Assembly: GCA_010093815.1 (NCBI GenBank) | Contig: ML996580.1 | DNA: 64,000 nt | Reading direction: 5' to 3' (one strand) | DNA from: Pseudovirgaria hyperparasitica | Lineage: Eukaryota | Shown here: piece by piece, positions 24,762 through 35,807 of the stretch | Position numbering within the stretch: position 1 is the first letter of the stretch | How the letters are laid out: every line of letters begins with the position of its first letter | Notes under the pieces: model-generated | What the model was told of the DNA's origin: nothing | What the model saw: the letters and a program-made list of their open reading frames with translations, nothing else | Database searches by the model: none | Translations under genes and position numbers: made by a program

Positions 24762-25809
24762 ATGTCTAAAGGTCGCACAGTAACCCTCAACACTGGCGCT
24801 AAGATCCCGTAAGCTCTCGCAGTTACCACAAGCATATGTGGTCACTTTCTAATAGATTGACAGTCAATTGGGTTTTGGCACCTGGCAAGCTGAGCCTGGT
24901 CAGGTTGAAGCTGCCGTTTACGAGGCCCTCAAGGCGGGTTACAAGCACATTGATCTTGCCAAGGTCTACGGCAACCAGAAGGAGATTGCTGGCGCGTTCA
25001 AGAAGGCATTCGCTGAGGGCGTGAAGCGTGAGGAGCTCTTCATCACGTCCAAGCTCTGGAATTCACAGCACCGTCCTGAGCATGTCGCCGGTGCGCTCGA
25101 CGACTGTCTCGCGGAGCTAGGCCTCGACTACCTTGACCTCTACCTCGTGCATTTCCCCGTTGCTTTCGACTCTCCTAGCAAGCCCCACGCTGAGCTGTTC
25201 CCCTTGACTGAGGGTGCCAACCAGCCTGATGGTGACGTAACCATGCTCGACTCCGTCTCCATCGTCGACACTTGGACAGCCATGACCAAGCTTCCAAAGG
25301 AGAAGACTCGCGCTGTCGGTGTCTCCAACCACACACAAGAGCACCTCGAGGCTATCATCAAGGCCACTGGTGTTACCCCCGCTGTAAACCAGATCGAGCG
25401 TCACCCCAAGCTCATCCAGCCCAAGCTCATCGAGTTCGCCAAGTCCAAGAACATTCACATTACCGCATACTCAGCGTTCGGCAACAACTTAGTTGGCGAG
25501 CCGCTTCTCTTCACACACCCGGAGATTGAGAAGATTGCAAAAGAAGTGGATGCCACCCCAGCTCAAGTCATACTGGCCTGGTCTCAGGTTGGTGGCCACA
25601 GTGTGATCCCCAAGTCCGTCACTGCATCACGCATCAAGGCAAACTTCCAGGAGATCGATCTTTCACAGGCGCAAATCGACGCCATCACTGCTATCGGCGA
25701 CAACTACAGACGGTACAACATCCCATACATTGCCAACAAGCCGCGCTGGCCGGTGAACATCTTCGGTGAGCCAGAGGAGAAGGATGCGCCGCACAAGGTC
25801 ATCGTCTAG
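24762..25809 (+). CDS. gaaD: NADPH aldo-keto reductase, L-glyceraldehyde/L-arabinose reductase (GaaD/LarA)-like
   Basis: Exons 24762-24808, 24864-25809. AKR motifs 'LNTGAKIPQLGFGTWQ', 'HIDLAKVY', 'SKLWN', 'LYLVHFP', 'IPKSVT'. C-terminus 'RYNIPYIANKPRWPVNIFGEPEEK..HKVIV' closely recalls Aspergillus GaaD/LarA (from memory). Confidence 0.8.
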
Positions 25810-26237
25810 ATATTAGACATGCGAAAACACTAAATTCACACGGATCATAGATAGAACATACCTAAGATATGATCAATAGACATTTACAAATCACACACAT
25901 GCTGAATCAATTCGAGTGATGACTTATCTTATCAAAAGGCGAGATTCGATGAAGTGTATGATATGCACTAAGCAGTGTTGGAACGCTCCCGTCTTGATAG
26001 TAATCAATTTGATGATATGCCAGAGAGAACTGTAATTAACGCCCGTTGCAGGTAGCACGGGAAATGACGACAGATGGTTCCTCTGTTGCAAGCCCTGTCG
26101 TCTTTATGATTTCGGTCCGCTATTCAATGAAAAGCGTAGTCCATCATCGAAAGGAGCGACGGTCAGTAGTGGAATTCGCTTCTTTTCGTTGGCTGCAAAT
26201 GCAAAGCTCTGGGCCTACTAGTGAAACACGTGACTAA

Positions 26238-26510
26238 GATATATATCTTTAATTTCTAGTCTGTATATTTAGAGAGCTTTTATTATTAGATACTATTGGT
26301 ACTTAGATTAGATGTATAATTATTCATAATATAGTAACTAGAATTACTTCGATTTAAAGAGAAATAGGTATATTAAATCATAAATAAATTATAGAATTTC
26401 TGAGTAGAAGATATATATTAAATACTTTCATAAGAGTTAGACTTAGAGATAATAGCATGAAGCACTACACGCATGACAAATTCTAACAATCGCGCTAAAA
26501 ATATATAGAC
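26238..26510. repeat. AT-rich, TpA-rich segment, probable RIP-degraded repeat relic
   Basis: Abrupt drop in GC content with abundant TA dinucleotides (e.g. tattattagatactatt, ataaataaattataga) and no ORF. Confidence 0.55.
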
Positions 26511-26670
26511 GGATCTAAAGCTTAACAGCGTTTCATGAGCGAGCTCGGCGCTTAGCCGAACTTCATAGCGTAATCCGACACCATCCGGCGGTTAATTAGA
26601 GAACGCTACAGGACACTCTTTCCATTTCTACATAGTCATGGCCAACCATTGAGAATCTATAAGCGCTCAA

Positions 26671-28485
26671 ATGTCTCACGGTATAAGTACGCTCTGTCCA
26701 AAGACCAACGACAGCGGTCCGCTAATCCTAGATAGAAAAGCCAACTGTCATCACACGCAAAGTAGATGCGCGTGAAGTCCGTCGAAGTACGCGTCTCAAC
26801 ACTATACTACAGCCTATAAAACGGAGCAGAGGAAAGGATCCGGGAACTCCTATACCTCCTTCGGGTCATCACTTACAGGATCAAACCGTAGGTATATCCA
26901 CCATGGTTCTCTTGCGGACTATCTACTAATAATAACTGAACTATAGAGTCCCAAAAGTCTCGGTACATCCCTCGGACGTCCATTGAAGCGAAAACGAGGT
27001 GAAGAAGAACCACATTCCTCCCCTTCAGCGCAAGATCTGCTCTCTTCGAAGCGACCTCGAACAATTACTCGTTACACAGCAGAGGGACGACCACAAGAAG
27101 ATGAAAAGCACAGCAGGACAGCTATTACCGACCCACTTAAGAGCTGGGTACTAAATAACAAGTGGCCTCGCGAATACTTCGAACCAGACGATCAGGCAAG
27201 AACAGAACTTTTGGAACACGACAGCTGGCTGGACGAAATCATGGCACAACCACCTATTTCGGCCGTCAAATATGCGGAATGCAACGGATTCAAATATCCA
27301 ATACCTATGAAAAAGGCCCCTGGATCGCTTCGCCGGAAGCAGTCAGATTCGAGCCTGACTTGGACTAGTGACCAGCAGACGAGAGAAAGCAAGAGTAATG
27401 CGTATCGAGATTCACGTTACTCTATGTTACTTGCTATCAAAGGGAGCTACATGGACAAGTCTGACTTGGGTATTTCGAACACGAGCCTAAGCAGTTATAA
27501 GACCCTGTTGAGCACAGACCAGACTATTCCACCTGACTCGCTATTTCGAGACGATGTGTTCGAAGCAGCATGTCGCGGTGTTCAGGACAGGAATGAAGCT
27601 CGGATCATCCGCAGTATTTCGCCATTCATCGTACCGTCTGCTGAAGACCTGGCGACGATGGGTGCTACCAAGTTAAAATGCTTGATCGAGAATGTTAACG
27701 AAGGGTGGACGGGAAGCATCCCAGTTGAGGGACCACGACCGCAGCCGGATTATTCTGTGGGATTCCGGCGTTCAGCCTTTACAGACGAGCAATTACATAG
27801 GCTAGATCCGCTGGTAGGTAGTGTCTTCGATACATCGTTCTTTGTCGCAACGTACCAGATGTATTTCCCATTTCTTACCTGCGAAGTTAAGCGTGGTACG
27901 GTAGCTCTTGATGTTGCGGACCGACAGAATGCTCATAGCATGACGATTGCTGTGAGGGGTGTTATTGAGCTCTACAGAGCTGTAAAACGCGAGAAGGAAT
28001 TAAATCAAGAGATTCTTGCGTTTTCGATATCGCACGACCACCGAACGGTCCGTATCTACGGCCATTACGCTATCATTAATGATGAAAAGACTACTTTCTA
28101 TCGCCATCCGATTAAAACGATTGACATTACCAACGAAGAAGGCAAAGACAAGTGGTCGGCCTATAAATTCACCAAGAGTGTCTACGACATCTGGATGCCA
28201 GCTCACCTTGAACGAATCTGTTCAGCCATTGACCAGCTACCACCTGGTCTTGACTTTCAGACTTTAGAAAGAGGGTCTAGAGAAGAGTCTGAGAAGGCGA
28301 CTGGGTCATTACAGGATATAAATAGCCAACCTTCCGAGCCATATAGCACTGCTTCACAAGCAGGCCAGGAAGACACCGAGCTCATTCCAATTATCCCGCA
28401 AAGTACAGCTCTAGACACCTCAGCCGCCAAGGGAGGGAAGCAAGGAGCGGCCAAAAGGGCAAAGAGAAATCCTACTAGGAAATAG
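26671..28485 (+). CDS. Fungal PD-(D/E)xK nuclease-like protein (DUF7924-type, from memory)
   Basis: Main exon 26947-28485. Upstream exon approx. 26736-26887 (VRRSTRL) and a tentative first exon from ATG 26671. Motifs 'PQPDYSVGF', 'YFPFLTCEVK', 'ALDVADRQNAHS', 'AFSISHD', 'IYGHY'. Confidence 0.75.
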
Positions 28486-28983
28486 CAAGTGGGCTGTTGA
28501 ATGGGATATAGATAGTTAGTTCCTTGCAGAGAAGATCTCGACAAGTAATGCGCATTTCTTACCCAATAACACAAAGGGGGACGGGTCCTATGCTATTTGT
28601 ACGCTCCTGCAACCATCGCTCCTCAGTTCACGGTCCCAGTGCCGACTAGACGGATTTTTATCACGGACCGCGGGCAAGCCTGCTTCGCTGTTGTATTCTG
28701 CACGCAACTACTCTGCGATGTCCTCTGTCATCGTTACTGCACGCGACCTGAAGGAGTAATGTTGTATAGATACCTTCCGGGCAGAACTGTCCACCTCCGA
28801 AGCCCTAGTCAACTCTCCTATTCGTGACATAGGATTAGCAACCAGCCGTTCCAAGGATAGATAAAGAGTGCCCCACATTCTCGAGCTGTGCTAACCTCTC
28901 ATCGTCATATGCATTGATAGGGCTCTGCCGCATGCACATCAGAGCCCAAAAACTTGAGTACTTCATCTGAATCTCTAATCAAA

Positions 28984-30750
28984 ATGGATTCCACGCAGCT
29001 CAAACCCAAGACAGCTCACGTCAACCTCATGGTCGACACGGTCATTGCCAATCTCCCTGAAGACGGCCTACGAAGCGTGATGCGAAGTCTCCTAACCACA
29101 GATCCCTCCATCACCAGCAAATTCGAAGCCCACGTGCGCGAATACTTGCACAACAAAGCAGATCAGCCAATAATTACAGATCTCTTCATCGTAGATGACA
29201 AGCCCCTCAATATCAACTCTCGTGACCCACGCAAAGGAGAGCATAATCAAACCGATCCATCGCAAAATGACCAGGAGAGGTGGGGTTCTTCATATGACAC
29301 TGTAAAGTGTAAGCCGGGACCGGAGTTGTATCGACTGCAGCAATACATCAGATGCTCGATCGGCTGTGGGATGTGCTACCAGAGCATTCCCTTTGCGCGG
29401 CGGATCGTGGACGGAGTATCATCCAGCATCGGGCCGTCGGTGTCGAGGAATGTCGATTTAGTACACTGTTTGGAATCGTTTGATGGCGATATGCTTCAGA
29501 TGGTTACTGCTATCCAGAAGACGCTGCTTGGACCGAGTGGGAAGCGTGAGCTCGACGGGACAGAGAAGGTGCTTGTACAAGGACTGCTTGATGCATTGCA
29601 AAGGTGCAAGATTGCTCTTGAGCAGGGCTTTCCGTTTGAGAGGAGTCTCGGAGCGGTTTCCGTTGCGCTTGGGCAGCGGGATACTGGTTTCGGGTCTGGG
29701 CTCGATGAGGTGAGATCTGGCAAAGATGCTTCTTCGGACACTTCGAAAGGCGTGATGTTGAGCGAGACATTTGAGTTGAATGGCATCGTACTCCCCCGTC
29801 TATTCTCAGGGCTATGGCAGCTATCAAGCCCAGCATGGGGAACTGCCCCGTTCGACGCCATGAACACACATTTCACACACTACATTAGCAAAGGTCTTCT
29901 GGCATGGGACATGGCCGACCACTACGCCGACAGCGAGCTCATATTCGGCCGCCTCAGGAACGCACACGCAAAACGACAGTCCATATTCGGCGCTACAAAA
30001 TACTGCGTCTTCAACCACCCGGTCACCATCACCGCCGAGGTTATATCCGCCGCCATCACAGAGCGTTGCACGCGCCTCGACACCCGCACGCTCGACCTCC
30101 TCCAATTCCACTGGCAGTCCTATGCAGACCCACAGTACATCAGCGTCCTACAATTCCTCCACGCTAATTCCCGCGTCGCGATGCTTGGACTGTGCAACTT
30201 CGACACCCTCCATCTCGAGCAAGTACTCTCGCACAACATCCCAATCGCGACTAATCAAGTACAATTCTCGCTCATCGACGCCCGCCCAGAGCTCAAAATG
30301 GGCGCTGTCTGCGCGAAATATAATATCAAACTTCTCACGTACGGCACGCTTTGCGGTGGCTTTCTGGCGGATAAGTGGCTTGACAGGTCGGAGCCGGAGG
30401 CTTTTTCACAGGGTATGACGCCCAGCCAGCGGAAGTATCTTGAGATGATAAAGACGTGGGGCGACTGGGCACTCTTCCAGCGCCTTCTCCGTGAGCTGAA
30501 GAATATTGCGATGAAGCGTGGCGTGAGTGTGGCGAATGTGGCGACGAGGTGGGTGCTGGATCATGCGTATGTGGGAGCCGTGATTGTGGGAGCGAGGCTG
30601 GGTGTTAGTGAGCATGTAGAGGATAATCTTGCGTCGTGTGGATGGGAGCTTGATGCAGATGATAGGGGGCGTATCGAGAGCGTGCTGGAGTTGAGTCGGC
30701 GGAGGGATATGCTTGAGATTATGGGGGATTGTGGTGCAGAGTATCGTTAA
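28984..30750 (+). CDS. Two-domain protein: N-terminal helical domain plus Tas-like aldo-keto reductase
   Basis: C-terminal AKR motifs 'PRLFSGLWQLS', 'WDMADHY', 'ATKYC', 'LDLLQFHW', 'LGLCNFD', 'NQVQFSLID', 'LLTYGTLCGGFL', 'VIVGARLG'. N-terminal approx. 260 aa uncharacterised. Confidence 0.85.
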   Translation: MDSTQLKPKTAHVNLMVDTVIANLPEDGLRSVMRSLLTTDPSITSKFEAHVREYLHNKADQPIITDLFIVDDKPLNINSRDPRKGEHNQTDPSQNDQERWGSSYDTVKCKPGPELYRLQQYIRCSIGCGMCYQSIPFARRIVDGVSSSIGPSVSRNVDLVHCLESFDGDMLQMVTAIQKTLLGPSGKRELDGTEKVLVQGLLDALQRCKIALEQGFPFERSLGAVSVALGQRDTGFGSGLDEVRSGKDASSDTSKGVMLSETFELNGIVLPRLFSGLWQLSSPAWGTAPFDAMNTHFTHYISKGLLAWDMADHYADSELIFGRLRNAHAKRQSIFGATKYCVFNHPVTITAEVISAAITERCTRLDTRTLDLLQFHWQSYADPQYISVLQFLHANSRVAMLGLCNFDTLHLEQVLSHNIPIATNQVQFSLIDARPELKMGAVCAKYNIKLLTYGTLCGGFLADKWLDRSEPEAFSQGMTPSQRKYLEMIKTWGDWALFQRLLRELKNIAMKRGVSVANVATRWVLDHAYVGAVIVGARLGVSEHVEDNLASCGWELDADDRGRIESVLELSRRRDMLEIMGDCGAEYR

Positions 30751-30803
30751 GAATTTACCGATGGCTCTTTTTTCCTTCACTTTCTGAAGTATGAGAACGG
30801 GTA

Positions 30804-32644
30804 TCAGATAAGGTACTTGCGCCACCAGCTCTGCATCGCCGACGGCGATGACTCCCTCTCCTTCTTCTCGATGTCGATCTGATGTATCTCGGCGAGATCT
30901 ATGGCTTCTAGAGTCACGAACCCAGAGCGCGTCCATACTGCCGCCACAGCCCAAAGCACTTTCGATCCCCAATGATTAGCTTTCGCAGTCACACAATACA
31001 AGAGCAAGCAACTCACATATAAAGATTGGAAGGTTAATATAAGTCGTCAGAAAGACCGACGTGCTCCACCTTCCAGGAAAGAAGACACTATACCCAGACG
31101 TCAAAACGACTACAACCAGCGTCCCAAGCGTAGCCCACGCCATAAACGGCTGAAACGGACTCCTATAAAACAGCCGTGCGCGAGATATGCCCTGCGCCCG
31201 CATCGCATAGTAGAATCGTAGGAAAGTCACCGAAACCACGACCCAGCTGATCAGGCTCGAGATGGTGGTGATGTTGACGAACCAGCCAAAGACCACAGAC
31301 GAATTACTCCCAAGACTGAGATAGACAAGCGGACAAAAGACCAGCGAGGCCGCTACGGCAACATAGGGAGTGCCGAAACGGTTCGTGCGGAGAAACACAG
31401 CCGGGGCGTATCCGTCCTCGGCAAAGCCATACAGAGTCCGCGAAGCGAGGAAGATACATGCTGATCCCGCACTGAACGCCGATGTACAGACAACAGCATT
31501 GATAATCGAGGGCAGGACCCTGATCCCAGCTCGCTGGAAAGCGATGACAAAGGGGCTCTGTTGCGCGGTCCCGGTGGAAATGCCCAGGTTGGGATCGTTG
31601 TAAGGGACTAGCAAGCCGACGATGAAGAGACTGAGGATGTAGAAGACCAGGATGCGCCAGAACGTCATCTTCACGGCGTTGGGGATGATGATGCGCGGGT
31701 CCTGCGTTTCGGCGCCGGCGGTGGCGATGAGTTGGATGTTTGCGAAGGAGTATGTAGCTGGGATCAGCGTGCTCCAGAATGCGAGGAAGCGTCCTGTGTT
31801 GCCGGTGAGAATGTAAGTGTTGAAGGGGCCTGGCGAGCGCCAGTATCGGAAGCCGATTCTGTCGCCATTTGGGGAGCCGCCTAGGTCGACGATCAGGCCG
31901 GCGAGGATGAGGCCGATGATGAGCATGATCTTGAGGCTTGCGAAGATGACTTCGCTCTGACAGTATGTCAGTGGTATGTCGTGTGCATTGATTGGGAGCT
32001 CACCTCGCCGTATACACGCACTCCACAGAAGTTTATCGCCGCCGCTACGACCATGAAGACCGTCAAGTAGACCGCAGGATTCGTGGTTTGGTCCCAATAT
32101 CCCACCAGAGTCCCAGCTGCGACAAACTCAGCTGGCGCCACGATGACGAGTGTATACCCTGTGTCGCGACTTCAGCAACAGCTTTGCAGGTAGTAGAGGA
32201 CCTCCCTACAGAAATTCCAACCCGTAGCAATACCCAGTGCTGGCTGAACGAACTTTATGGCATGCCTTACAAAGCCCCCAGTGACAGGTAGGAATGCGGC
32301 CAACTCTCCTGTCATCAAGGAGATGGCATATGTGACGAGTCCTATCAACATGTAGCCAAACAATGCACCTAAAGGTCCAGCGAGAGCGATGGCTTGACCA
32401 GATGCTAGGAATAGGCCTGTACCCTGTAGACATGTTAGTGAGAGCGTCTTAAGCATTACGGGAAATGAGTTACGATTAACCCTGCGATCGCAATCATGTT
32501 GATATGTCTACGACCCAAGTCTCGCCTCGTGCCGCTAGTGACGGTGCCATGTTGCAGCTCTGGATCTGGAGATGGAGAGCCATCTACCATATTCTCAGCA
32601 CCTGTTTTGGTACTTGAATGAGGTGATGATATACTGTGCACCAT
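30804..32644 (-). CDS. Amino-acid permease (YAT/APC family, Put4/Dip5-like), 5 exons
   Basis: Exons 32644-32474, 32423-32210, 32158-32004, 31956-31017, 30958-30804. Motifs 'RDLGRRHINMIAIAGLIGTGLFLASG', 'GELAAFLPVTGGF', 'IGFRYWRSPGPF', 'AGAETQDP', 'SPFVIAF'. Confidence 0.92.
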
Positions 32645-35600
32645 GGCTTCTACTGTGCGGAGATGAGAGAAGTCTGCGAGATCAGTTGGGCTTCTGGTAT
32701 TTCCAATCTCCCAGGGACATCTAGAAACGAGATATGTAGATTGTTGTGGAGTATGCAAGATAGCTTAGTAAAGACTCATTATCATGCAGCGGTATCAAGC
32801 ATCTCTAACCAATGAGGATTATCGACAGCTTGACTACCAACCCACTGGTGCATAATCTTTGGACTCGAAAGTGTGGGGAAATCCCGCAGACTCAGCTGGT
32901 GTCTCGAGTGCCACCATTGTCGCTTCTATTTCTATGAAGAACAAATTTGAGCTCTGGTGAGTATACTATCAGTAACCAATGAGGAAAGTCATTGATAGTA
33001 TCGTAGGCTTAATCGACAGCCTGAACACGGATCGTGAAGAATCACGAGGGCTCCAATTAGAGATGCGCCATAATTGCCAACTCGCTCATGTCACTGCTTC
33101 GGAGGCCTGGGATAGATAGGATTCAGTAGATAGCACGACGATAGCAAACACCATTGCCATCCAAGTACCAGGACGTAATCTCAATCGATATGGAAGAACC
33201 AACAACCTTGTGGTGAAATAGAACGGAAGACACTCACAATGGAGACGAAAACCCCGGATGCATGAGGGCGGAAGGAAACTTTGGCCCCTACGGCTGCTAC
33301 CGTAGTGCAGCGACCGGCCCCACCCAAGGACCGAATTATTACCTTACAGAATGGCGCCAGAACCCATCAGATGCCTCGGAGAATTTATTTGAGTTGCATT
33401 AGCTTCTACCGTCATGTACATCGTCATGTTTGATCCCGTACATATCAATCCTCCCTGTGCACTTTCTACCTGGTTGTGTCTTACGACTCTATACCTGGCT
33501 GCGTCTTACAGTATCTCGCCAACGTCCTTGGAGAAGTAAACTCACCACGAAGGGAACTGCTACTGAACCTGGCATTCATACCATCATGCCAGTCTCACAA
33601 GCATCACTGCCATGTGATTAAAAGCCAGATCAATGCGTCAGAAGTTAGTATCGCGGTTCCGCGGTCCCTGAGTCAAGAGATCTTGCTTGACTCGAGTCTC
33701 TCCCTACGAAGTCATTATAGAGATTGGACAACACCTTGATCCAGCAGTCCTGTTGTACCAAGACTTTCTACGAGCTATTTCCAATTAGGTATACACGTTT
33801 TGAACAAGGAACAAAAACCGTCACGGGATACAGGCTCCGATCACAAGGAGCTCCTGAAGCTGTTCATACGAAATCTATAAGTCCGACATTGATACAGTCA
33901 AACCCGTCAGATATTGCGACGTATTGGGATTGTTATACAACATGCTGGCTCTAATGAGATCATAAAGCTTCATTGGTCAGTATTGAAACAAAGGAAGAGA
34001 ATCTATCCTAATCATACACGCCTAATCGACCACAACGCCTACGAATACCACACCGCTATCTACCAAACAACACTTATATGCATTCCTCTAGTTCTCCACC
34101 ATAAGGCTTTGCGTAGGCACATTCGCACGTAAAGAATGTTGATGGACCCGTACAGTCACATGGAACTGCTGATCCCGAACTTTCCATTTCCCGCTTTGCA
34201 GCCGTGGATCCGGCTCAAGCTAGTCACACGTAACATCACCGGTCTGGGCAATACCGTGCTCGCTAGAACATGTAGCTTGCAGTGGATGCAAACTTATAAA
34301 TACTACGATGAAGTCATAAGTTGATATGACAAGGTGGCTTACAAACGCGAAGAGAAGAGACCGCAATTACCAGTAAGCATGTCCCAAGGTACGCTTACCA
34401 TATTCGAACACTTCGTCATGAACTTTTCGGAGCACTTTACGGATTAGATCGAGATTACAGGCGGCTGTGACTATTGTGAGACGAAAAGTATGTTTCAGTC
34501 CGGATCTCTAGATCTGCAAGTGGAAAGTAACAAACCTTCTGTACGCATGACAGTCCGGCAGACTTTGAGCTGCAAAACAGAATTCTGGCAGGTCTAAGAC
34601 CTTGTCGAATTTGAATTCCTCGGCCCTATTGCCGAGAGACTTGGCCTTTCACGAGCGGACTAGACATCTCGGACTATCAATGGGGACTCAACGATGATAG
34701 TTTGGTTCGAGATAATGTTAATGGGAGATCTAGTTTTCGAAAAGAGCCGACGGCAGACTGAGATGCTGAAGTGAAGCACATGAAGTAGGTCATCTTTACC
34801 ATTGTCAAATCTCTGTTAGCTCACTTGAGTCTACTGACTGGGAGGGTGTCCAGAATATCAGTCATTCCTAGGCATGTGCGCTTGAGGTGCTCTCACACAG
34901 AGTTCTCTTCTGAAGAGGTCGATTTCTCTTGTATTGCCACTTGCAGCTCCAACAGCTTCAAGTATGGCAACACTAATTCTAGTCTTTTCTGATTACGACC
35001 GACAATATTTCGAAAGAGATTGTCAGGGAGACAACGAAAATGTACCTGAGCTGTGTTGATGTCGTACATGAGACCGTTCTTGAAGCTCTTCCAGTATGCT
35101 CCGTGATACAACGTTCTATCAACGAACGTTACACTACTGCATATACCGAAACCTAATGAAACTCCCGAGTCAGGGTTTAATGAGTTTGATACCCCGCATA
35201 GTCAATTTGAACGTCAACTCGGTCATCTTCCCGATTAGAAAGATGAGTGGATATATTGACACAACAATGGAGAAGGGAAGATAAGTTATTTCGCTGCTCA
35301 ACAATCGTGCAAAATCGACTGTGGCTTACCTCTCGTTCATCCATAGCGTCAGACGCTTTACGCCGCGCGGTGCTATCAAATAACGCAAGATCCTGCTGAT
35401 TTGTAGATCAACACTAAGGCAGGCCAAGGCTGCAATAACGCCCTGATTAAACTTTATATGTCTACTCTGCCCAACAGAAACTAGATTCAGCCGTCCAGAT
35501 CTCGAGACATTCGACCAATGGTAAAGCACCGTTTCAGTCTTCTTACAAAAACATATTTAAGCTTTGAGATCGGAGTGTGTGACTACGAACGATCGTGCCC

Positions 35601-35807
35601 TAACCAGTAAGCAGGCCTAAACACTATTCTGCCACTTTGTTTGCGTACAATCCTGAAGGCCGACAAGTATGCTGCGACGTATGAGTGAACAGGGTCTCGA
35701 GATCCCAAACCTTATATTCATAACTCTCTTTGATATAGCCCGGATGCTCCCTTGTCATCCTGCAGATACTCCTCCGTCTGTCCGCATACCCTGCAGATAC
35801 CTACACG

